DNA of 64,000 nt from Vitrella brassicaformis CCMP3155 (lineage: Eukaryota; Protista; Chromerida), in NCBI GenBank assembly GCA_001179505.1, contig CDMY01000228.1, positions 1 through 64,000 on the forward strand. Direction: 5' to 3'. Shown here piece after piece: positions 26,654 to 36,412 of this stretch. The position numbers were made by a program, and so were the translations under genes. The first letter of the stretch is position 1. Each line of letters begins with the position of its first letter. The notes beneath the pieces are model-generated. The model was not told the DNA's origin, made no database searches, and was given only the letters and a program-made list of their open reading frames with translations.

Positions 26654-26872
26654 CCTGAGAAGCGCTCGCTGCTCTCCTGCCCTCCCAACCTTTGTCCTTC
26701 CCTCCCGAGCTCGCACAACAACCGATCGCCGGCCTTTTCCCCACCGATTTCGTAGCGTTTTGCCCTCTCTCTGCTGTGCGTTGCTCACCACTTTCGGTGC
26801 AAGTTCGCCAACCAGCGACTGTCGCTAAGCGTCTCTCTTCTCCTTCTCGAATAGCTATTTGCCGGCACCACC

Positions 26873-27529
<657 letters not shown>

Positions 27530-29753
27530 TACACACCTTGACCACACTATGGGGCCGACAGGGGAGGGGGGAGGTGAGCAAACTACACAATGAATGCCCA
27601 GCCAGTCTGGAGACGCTGTGAGGTGAGTGCGTGGCTTGTGGTGTGTACTGTGCTGCGCTGCAGGTGTGTGATGATGGTGATGGTGTTTGTACGTATCTAT
27701 CGGAGTGCTGCCCGTCCTCCGCTTAGCGTAGGAAATGACTGGCTGACTGTTCCGTAGCCTGACCGAGTGTCTGCCTGCCTGCTCGCCTCTATCTCTCTCT
27801 CTCTCTCTCTTGGTTGGTTTCTTTTGGACCAAAGCCCCCACTCCACACCCCACTGCTCGCCTGCCTGCCTGCCTGCCTGCCTGCCTGAACGACTTGATGT
27901 GGCTGATATATGTGGCTGATGATGTGAATATGCAGTGCACGTGCCATATAGACCAGTCAGTCGCTCGCGCCGTCCGTCCAACACACCACACCACGACACG
28001 CAGCTAACCTACCTGACAGACAGACACATAGAGAGAGAGCACAGCCCAGCCCAGCCAGACGCCCCCGTCCGTCCTGCGTGTTCCCGTCCGTGTCCGTTTC
28101 CGCCAGTGTGTTGCAGTTCCGTTTTTCGATGCCTGTCGATGGTGCGATCGTTGTGTCTGTCTGTCTGTCTGTCTGTGCGCCTGGGTGACTCTCTCCCGCT
28201 CTCTTTGTGGCTGGCTGCGTTTGTTTGTTGGTTTGTCCGTGCGTGTGAGTGAGAGGGGAGCGTCCTAAGTATCGTTTTTCCTCTCCCTCTCTCTCTCTGT
28301 TTGTTTGTTTGCGTGATCAAGTGTGTGTCTGTGTGTGGGTGTAGTGTGGTGTACAGCTAAGCGGCGGGCGGACGGACGGGCCGACACACTCACTACTGCA
28401 GACAGACAGACAGAACCTCGATCCTGCCTGCCTCCCTGCCAATGAATGGATGGATGGATGGATGGACCGATCTGTGAGAGAGCGCAGCTATACAGACTCA
28501 CTCACTCACTTACTTGCACACAAACATACACACATACATACACACATACGTACATACATTATGCGTATCAGCCAGCGAGTGACCTTCGGGTGGATCTGTG
28601 CGTTGCTGTGCCAGCCACAGCTCGCCCATCTGCCCAGATTTTGCACCAAACAACCAGGGAGGGAGGGAGAGAGGGAGAGCGGGAGGGAGGGGGCAGACAG
28701 ACAGACAGACAGACAGACAGACGGACACACGGACAGGAACACACAAACACGCAACCTGATGGAGAGACCAGACCAGGAACAGCCATCGATCTGAGCCCCT
28801 CCCTCATCCCTCCCTCCCTCCCTCCTTGCTTTATGTATGTAAGACACTTACTTGCTCCCTCACTCCCCTGCCGCACTTGTTTTGTGCCCCCCTGTCTGTC
28901 TGTCTTTCATTGCCTACCTACTTGCCCATACAGCCCAACGAAGAACGTATTTATCGATCAATCGACCTGACTGACTGACATACATACACTCAGCAACGCC
29001 CCGCGCACGCCCCGCACACCACACCACACCACACCCCCATCCAACAACAGACACGTGTTTTGCGGTACCTGCTGCATATACAAAGCGCATGATGCTTGTG
29101 GGGTGCGTTTCCTAAGCGTGTGTGTGGGAGGGGGGCGTGGGTGTCGGTTCTGTCTGTCCGTCTGTCTGTTTGTTTGCTCAGTGGGGGCTTTGGCTTGGCA
29201 TGGCTGGTCTACACTGTTTAGCTAGCTACCTCGGGGGCGGGGGTGGACCTGAGAGAGCGACACGATGCATGCATACAGTTTACACCCACACGGCACGGTG
29301 AGCGAGCGGTATTTGCTTGACGTTTCAATCCCATGAATGAACCAGTCCATAGCTGATAGCTAGATATGTGGGGACGGCGGGACGGCCCGGAATTCACTGT
29401 CAGATACCAACCACTCCCACCCACCCACCCGTGACACCACACCGGTCGGTCAACACAGGAAAAATAGAAAGACCCCTCTCTCTCGTGTGCCTCTTTGTCC
29501 CCCTCCCTCACTACCCCACGGTCAATCAGCAACACTCTACACAACACGGAACCTCACCCCCCCACGCCCCACCACCAGCAGCAGCAGCAGCAGCCCCCGC
29601 CCAGCAGCACCCTTCTGCTAGCCATCATCACTGCAACACCTCTTCACTCTCTCCCTCTGCACCTGCACACACGCAGACAAAGCGCAAGCGCACACAAAAC
29701 AAACGTCCATGCCATGCGCCGTCCTTCCCTCTCTCTCTTTCATTCTACTATAG

Positions 29754-30941
29754 CTAGCTCACGCCACGCCCACCTGTGCTGGGGTGTGTGACTTCTGCCA
29801 CTGAGTAGAAGTCGCCATCCCCCTCGTCGGCCACATCCATCCCCTCCTCCATGCCCTCTAAGCCGTCTATGCCGTCTCCCTCCATCCCGAAGTCGCCCCA
29901 AGAATCGCCCTCATGGAGCATGGAATCATCGCGGGACGGCACCAGGCGATACGGACTCCTGCTGCCGCCATCATCGCGCTCAACGCCACCCCCCACACCA
30001 ACACCAGAACCTCCACCACGTGGGGGTGTGGGGGGGTGGTAGGTGTGTGGGATACCACGTTGGGAGTGGTGTCCTGGTATTGCAGCAGTCGCCGCAGCTG
30101 CATATGCCGATGCCGATGCTGGCCCAGCCGCAGCAGAGGATGTGCTCGCAGCAGTCGCAGCCGCAGCAGGCGCAGGAGGGCGCACTGGCCTGCCCGGTAA
30201 CACCACCGGCACCGGCATCGGTGGTGGCAACAAGACTGCTGGCGGTGGCAACGAAGGAGCCATCTGCACTGCAGCAGGGTGCACCGGCAGCCGATGCCGC
30301 AGCTGCACGGGCACAGGTGGAGGACCGATCGGGACGAACTGTGGCACCGGTGTCAGTGGGACGAATGGCGGATAGGGGGACGGGGCACGGGAAGGGGCGT
30401 GGGAGGCAGAGAGAGAGAGGGAGAGAGGGGGGAAAGGCCGATATGTCTGGGGCAGACGGGGACGGGGGGCATTCATGGCGGGCGAGAGGGGGGGCTGCAT
30501 CGCGCCGTAGTCGTGCTGCGCAGTCGAAACAGACAGCGGCGTACCTGACACACACACATGCAGACGCGAACAAGTGGACAACTTGTTAATGAGTGAGTCA
30601 CGCATAAAATGTCTGTCGTGCTGCTCACCGTTTGTGGTCGATATAGGAGTCGGTCCCGTGTGCCCATTGACGTGTGAGTTGCCCGTCGACACCATCCCGC
30701 TGGCAGGCGGACGCCCATTACCGCCACACGCGTACGTCGAGTGCTGTGGCGGCGGACGAGGGAGAGCCACGTGCTGCATCGGCGGTCCTGCAGCTGTGGG
30801 GGGGCCAAACGGGGGATTCCCACACACTGCTGGGGCGGGCGGACCCATTGCCGATGACCAACTTGAATGAGCAGAGTAGAAGCTCGATGCCGGTGGAGGT
30901 GGAGGTAGGTGCCGCCAAGAGGAGGGATCCATCATGAGCAC
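29754..30941 (-). CDS. Proline-rich low-complexity protein with an acidic C-terminus
   Basis: 395-aa ORF (MLMMDPSSWRHLPPPPP...) containing in-frame microsatellite segments that look like introns, and an acidic tail EGDSWGDFGMEGDG. No known domain. Confidence 0.5.
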   Translation of the reverse strand: MLMMDPSSWRHLPPPPPASSFYSAHSSWSSAMGPPAPAVCGNPPFGPPTAAGPPMQHVALPRPPPQHSTYACGGNGRPPASGMVSTGNSHVNGHTGPTPISTTNGEQHDRHFMRDSLINKLSTCSRLHVCVSGTPLSVSTAQHDYGAMQPPLSPAMNAPRPRLPQTYRPFPPLSLSLSASHAPSRAPSPYPPFVPLTPVPQFVPIGPPPVPVQLRHRLPVHPAAVQMAPSLPPPAVLLPPPMPVPVVLPGRPVRPPAPAAAATAASTSSAAAGPASASAYAAAATAAIPGHHSQRGIPHTYHPPTPPRGGGSGVGVGGGVERDDGGSRSPYRLVPSRDDSMLHEGDSWGDFGMEGDGIDGLEGMEEGMDVADEGDGDFYSVAEVTHPSTGGRGVS

Positions 30942-31090
30942 CGATTCTGATCATCAGGGGTCGTCCAGCGCTCCGTGCGATTGCGAGCTAAAGTGCGCCA
31001 GGGTCTGCGTGGCCATTAGCCAGGATGATTCAGTCGTTGGCAGGGCGGCGATGTGATGATGCGGATAAAATAGATGTCCAAGAAGTGGGA
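30881..31090. repeat. Diverged direct repeat, copy 1 (partner 36191-36412); contains the starts MxMMDPSSWRH (minus) and MSKKW (plus)
   Basis: agctcgatgccggtggaggtggaggt(a/g)ggtgccgccaagaggagggatccatcat...tagatgtccaagaagtggga aligns with 36191-36412 with small indels. Confidence 0.92.
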
Positions 31091-31499
31091 CAACCAGACA
31101 GACAATCAGACAGACAATCAGACAGACAAACAGATAAACAGACAAAGAGCTGATCAGGTCTATTTGATCCGTGTGGACCCACCACCCACCACTAGTTCCA
31201 AAGAAGGTCAATTCCCACCTTCTACCCTCCAGCAAACAGCATAAAGGCAATGTCCAGCACATAAACACGGTCTTGGTCGTTTCTTTGCATCGACAAGTGT
31301 CTTTTCTGCGATTGTTTTGTGTGTGGTGATGATGGGAAGACGGCCTGCAGCCATGCGTCCTCATTTGTCTAGGTTGCTTTTGAGTCATCGATCTCGAGAG
31401 ACGGCAGTGCACCATACAATGCCATTTTCTGCACGTACGTACGTACGTACGTATCACGGCTCAATACAAGACACCTGCGACGAGTACATCCCCATGGGG

Positions 31500-34400
31500 A
31501 GACGCATTCGGCGAGAGACCCCTCGGGGCACTATGGTCGTGTCGTGTCTGCATGATAAAGCCAACGTGCCTCGTTCGTCGCCATGACACCAGCAGACACC
31601 GAAAGCAGGAAGAACAAAGAGCTCACCAGGCAGGCATATTTAATCCGTGTGTGTACTTGTCCACATGTACTTGTCCACATGTGTTCTCGCAGCAAATTGC
31701 TTTCATAGTGCGTGCACCCAACAAACAGCTGACCCTCCGTCTCCGAGAACAGAAAGACCTCATCCTCGCCGTCATGAGCATCGCTCGGTGTCCTCTCGAA
31801 GGCCATGGCCGGCAGCCATCGGTTGTGTCTCGAGGAAGTGAGCAAGTGTGCCGGGACGGCGAAGGGCGACTGCAGCGTGACTGTCTCGGTGGCCATGTTC
31901 CAGCGGTGCATGGTGCTCCATGATCGTCTTGAGAGGGGTAAAGGGGTCAGCGGCACTTTGGTGGGGGTGAGGCGGACACAGAAGAGGGGCACCGACCAGA
32001 TGTGGTCTATGTGAGGGCCTCGAGGTCGTCCTTGCTGATGAACGGCACTGCAGCGACCAACTCACCCTCTCCCCTCCCTTGAAGACCCTCCTGGTCTTCG
32101 TCCGCCATCTTGTCCAGGCGTGTCTCTTCTTGTTGCTGACGCCAGCCAGGGCAGTGCGGCAGCAGCTTGTTGAACGCTGCGATCATGAGAGCCTCGATCG
32201 ACCCTCCCGGTTCCGCCCAGAGTGACGTCGCCTGGGAGCTGATGTGGTAGTTCCCCTCCACGTCCGTCCCCATACCAAACGTCGACGCCGTACAACACGG
32301 TGGCGTGCATCTGTCTGTATGAGATCTTCCGTTGTGCAACGGGGCACCACCGACGTGTCTTGTTCGCCTCGTACCCATACCAGCCTCCTGCCCGCTTTCC
32401 TCGTCGCCATCAACAGCATCATTCGGTGTTGCCTCGAAGACAATGGCCGGCAGCCATCGCTTGTGTCTCGAGAAGATGCGGAAGTGTGCCGGCACGGCGA
32501 AGGGCGACTGCAGCGTGACTGTCTCGGTGGCCATGTTCCAGCGGTGCATGGTGCTCTCCACTCACAGCCTGGGTCAAAGGGGCCCAGAATGACCGTCTTG
32601 AGAGGGGTGAAGGGGTCAGCGGCACTTTGGTGGGGGGACGGCGGACACAGAAGAGGGGCACCGACCAGATGTGGTCTATGTGAGGGCCTCGAGGTCGTCC
32701 TTGCTGATGAATGGCGCTCTAGCGACCAACTCACCCATTCCCTCCCCTCCAATCCTCCTGGTCTTCGCCCTCCCCACCCCACACGGCCTCGGCGTATACG
32801 ACGACGGCGACTGCAGGTGGGACATCATGTGGCTGATGGGGTCCAGCTGCCATTGCTGGATCATCATGTCGTCCTCGTGGTGCAGAGTGACCGAATGCGG
32901 CACACATCTCAAGCCGTCTGGCAGTCGGGGCACGCCACTTCTCCACACGAACGTGGCCCCATCAGCCCTCTCAAAAGCAGGCGGCTGCCGATGAGCTTGC
33001 CCTTTCTGCGCCTTTGCTGCCATAAGTCGACAGCCGGAGGAATCGGTGGGGGCATCCATCCATCCATCGTCGTTTCTGTCTTCCTCTCTGTCCAGGATGG
33101 GTTGCGGCAATCGAGGGAGAAGGGCCGGCTGTTGGACGGGCCGTGTGATGGCTGCACGCCGTGGTCAAAACAGAGGTCAGTGCGGTCTTGGTCGTCTGTG
33201 AGGAGGGCGCGGCGCCCCCGATCCCTCGCCATGCCAGCAGCCGGACAGATGTGGATGGGTTGCTGTCTGAGGGGCCGTTCTTGCTGGGTGAGTTGATGCA
33301 GTCAGTGTGGCTTGGCGCTGCTCTGGACGAGAGGGATGTGATCTGCAGCACACCCAAGACACCTGTGTCATGCGATCGATGCTTTGCGGTGCGTGAAAGA
33401 GAAATGGAGACGGGAAGGGGCGAAGTGATTCACCTCTGTATGGGTGATTGGGGAGTACTGCAAGCCGACAGCCATCTCGCAGTACCGATAAGGCGGCAGC
33501 AGCAGCTCTTACTCGCCCATGACCATTCCCGACTTGCCGCCCTCCCGCTCCGACACAAGGGGCCTGAAGCAGCACCCCGGACCCCGGATGGATGAAGTGC
33601 ACGTCAAAGGACACGTTGTGCTGGCCTCCCATCTCGCTACAGGCACTGGACCGCCTGCTGCCTTCACGTGCCGGCGGCAAAGTCGGCGCCACGACGGGGT
33701 ACTCGACGAGACACGTCATGTTGATCAGGAGAGGACACTCGCCCTTGTTGGCCAGAAACAGTGTTCGTGCTGTGGGGATGAACGGTGCTGCCTCGCCCCA
33801 CACGAGCCGCTTGGCGCTTGTCCAGAGAGGCATGGAGGGCGGTGGGGTGCGGAGACGAGGGGCAGTGCGAAGGCTTGGCTGACGCCATTCGCGTCAACGG
33901 CAAGATCGGGGGGATTGGGGAGGGCAAGACGCAACTCCAGGGCGTGGGAAGATGTAGTAGTGAGCTTGGCCAAAGACATGATGTAGAACAGGCAGTTACG
34001 GCAGCGGCAGGTCGAACAGGGCGTCGGTGGCCTCGTCAATGATGATGTGGATGGCTCCAGCCTGCTCCCTTGGCCAGCTCCAGCTGCATGGGCTCCACGC
34101 CAATGTCCAATCCAACCAAAGGATTCAGCGGCGCCTCCAGAAAGGACACAAGAGCGGCTGATTTGTGCACCGCTGGATGCAGCAGGGCTTCTTCCAGCAC
34201 AACTCGTGGGATGTGAGGGCCGTGAGGTTGTCTGTGAGGATGGCGCCCCCGATCCCTAGCCATGGCAGCAGCGCAAATGCGAGGGGCTGGGTGGGATGAG
34301 AGGGGTTCGGCTGGTGGGAGGGCGACGGGCTGGTGGGCGGGCCACAAGAGGCGGTGGGTTTGGATGGGCGTGTGTATAAAATGCCCTCAAGCAAGCCTCA
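31500..34400 (-). pseudogene. Mosaic of duplicated, partly frameshifted coding-like modules (possible decayed gene, or 3' part of the J-like gene)
   Basis: Module ~31782-32075 is repeated at ~32419-32745 (MHRWNMATETVTLQSPFAVPAH..RH.RWLPA), with a 31-nt net indel that shifts frame. ~33195-33240 is repeated at ~34225-34270 (MARDRGR). Internal stops between segments. Confidence 0.45.
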
Positions 34401-34589
34401 GAGAGGCCGCGAGGGCTGTGGGAATGCCCGCAAACTGTGCACGGAGGCACACTGCAGGCGGTGAATGCCCTCGCAACCCCTCACTCCCGAAGGAGAGAGG
34501 GGCGCGAGGGCCACACGCGTCTTGGTTCAGTTGCAAGGAGGGGGGAACCAGTCGCCTGCAGGTCACCACAGAGACAGACAGCCACGACC

Positions 34590-35588
34590 TTATCTCGATG
34601 TGTGTCTCCTCTTGATCGTGCGATCGTGGACGTTCGTACGTTTGGCTTTGCAGCAGCAGGGGAACATGCGCCGCGCTGCCTCCCGCGCCAGGCCCCGGCA
34701 GAAGCGGAGTGCATCCGCCACCCCATCCTTGTAAATCTCCCACCGCTCCTGGCAATCGGGACCCTCCAGGGTCACCCGATAGCCAGGTCCATGTCGCCGC
34801 CACCACTCGCCCTGCCCCGTCTTGGTGTTTGTGTACCACCCCTGAAGGGAAGAACACACACAATTGATTGACACAGAGATTGCACTTGTATGTATGGGCA
34901 GTGAGTGCACCTGCTCCGTCACACCCAGCCTCGCCGCTTCCTCCACGAAGTACCACTTGGGGTACTCGGGCGCACCGGGCCCAAACAGCGGGCGCTGCAG
35001 GCAGGCAGATAGGCAGGCGGACAGAGAAACACACTTGTTTCTTACAATGGATGTGTCCTGTTGTGGTGCTTTCGTACATCGAAGAACTTGTCGAAGAAGT
35101 CTTGCTCTGGGGGAGCTTTAGACGAGGCGGTGGAGTCCGGGCCCTGAATCCCCAAAGGACACGGAGGAGGACGAGAGTGAGGATCTGACCTCGGTGTCCC
35201 TGGATTTCTGCTCACCTCGTAGCCCATAGCCCCGTAGAGATAATTGTTGTCGTACATCCACCGCCTGCCCTCGTTCCCCACCACGCGATACGCCTCGTTG
35301 ATGGCCTGTGACTCCTTGGTAGAGGTGGCGGCGTGGGCGGGCTGGCCGTGCTGCTGCTGCTTGTCAGCGTGGCACCTCTACACACACACGGGGAGAGAGA
35401 GAGAGACGTCAACTCGTGGAGAGCTGCCTGCAAGTACTAGAGACGCTGCACTGACTGTCACAGTGACTGACCTGCAGGAGTGCGTCTCGTGCCTTCTTGA
35501 TGTCCGCCTGCGTGGCGGTCGGGGCGACCTCGAGGGTCGCATAGTACCCTTTGGGGTCGCCCATGCTGCTGCTTGTGGGTGCGGCCAT
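34590..35588 (-). CDS. J-domain-like (DnaJ) protein with HPD replaced by HAD; 3' end uncertain
   Basis: Spliced: MGDPKGYYATLEVAPTATQADIKKARDALLQ|RCHADK...SQAINEAYRVVGNEGRRWMYD, then GPDS..FFD|RPLFGP..TEQ|GWYTNTK... Confidence 0.7.
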
Positions 35589-35751
35589 TTTCGCTCTTCT
35601 CTGATGGAGACTGGGGGCCGCATGCAAGGTTCATCCGGGGCCACGGGATCGAGATCCGTATGGCTGCGAACTCGGACGTCTAAGGCAGCCCCGGGTCAGC
35701 CCATGGACGAGTATTGAGCTGCCCATAAGGAAACCGGCACGTGGCTGCCGA

Positions 35752-35772
35752 ATATATATATATATATATATA
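35752..35772. repeat. (TA)n microsatellite abutting the foldback element
   Basis: atatatatatatatatatata ends 1 nt before the left arm; the only long TA run I saw in the window. Confidence 0.95.
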
Positions 35773-35773
35773 A

Positions 35774-36179
35774 CAAGGCAAGCGTCTTGGTGGTCCAAAA
35801 CTGGCTGCGAGCCACGAAAACCGACCTCTGATCCCAAAACCAGCTTTGCACAGTGCAAAACCGGTTTTGCGACAGAGAGAACCGGTTTGCGATAGAGAAA
35901 ACCGGTTTTGCTTGTTTTCAAAGCCCGGTTTTCCCTGTTTGAGTGCCGGTTTTCGAGCCACAGTTTTGTGGAGACATCTATTTGTGGTCGTGTCTCTACA
36001 AAATCGGCACTCAAACAGGGAAAACCGGGCTTTGAAAACAAGCAAAACCGGTTTTCTCTATCGCAAACCGGTTCTCTCTGTCGCAAAACCGGTTTTGCAC
36101 TGTGCAAAGCTGGTTTTGGGATCAGAGGTCGGTTTTCGTGGCTCGCAGCCAGTTTTGGACCACCAAGACGCTTGCCTTG
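35774..36179. mobile_element. 406-bp foldback / MITE-like element: 175-bp perfect inverted arms with phased internal AAAACCGGTTTT subrepeats
   Basis: 35774-35948 is the exact reverse complement of 36005-36179 (checked base by base). 56-nt spacer with an inner 13-bp stem (35964-35976 / 35991-36003, one G:T). AA dinucleotide on both sides. The inverted repeat is certain; mobility is inferred. Confidence 0.75.
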
Positions 36180-36190
36180 AACCGAGTTTG

Positions 36191-36412
36191 AGCTCGATGC
36201 CGGTGGAGGTGGAGGTGGGTGCCGCCAAGAGGAGGGATCCATCATCTGCACCGATTCTGATCATCAGGGGTCGTCCAGCGCTCCGTGCACGGCGGTGCGA
36301 TTGCGAGCTATGTACCAGGACCCAATGGCCAGTTACGGTGCCAGGATGATTCAGTCCGTTGGCAGGGCGGCGCTGTGATGATGCGAATGAGGTAGATGTC
36401 CAAGAAGTGGGA
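36191..36412. repeat. Diverged direct repeat, copy 2 (partner 30881-31090); candidate bidirectional promoter with the helicase ATG at 36396
   Basis: Aligns with 30881-31090; its left edge lies 11 nt from the end of the foldback element. Confidence 0.92.

Noticed and set aside
27600-29700. Many short ORFs between LC8 and the Pro-rich gene
   Set aside because: Dominated by (CAGA)n, (GGAT)n, (GA)n and (CA)n microsatellites, with no coherent exon chain; treated as UTR or intergenic.
34021-34058. Walker B-like AIHIIIDEATD suggesting an NTPase
   Set aside because: No Walker A in a joinable frame and the segment stops shortly after; too little to call a domain.
35797-36160. CRISPR-like array (short palindromic repeats at regular spacing)
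   Set aside because: Units are degenerate, spacers are only ~9 nt and mirrored in the other arm, there are no cas genes, and the context is eukaryotic. An inverted-repeat element explains it better.
30881-36412. LTR retrotransposon
   Set aside because: The repeats lack TG...CA ends, I saw no PBS, PPT, gag, RT or integrase motifs, and the repeats contain host gene starts.
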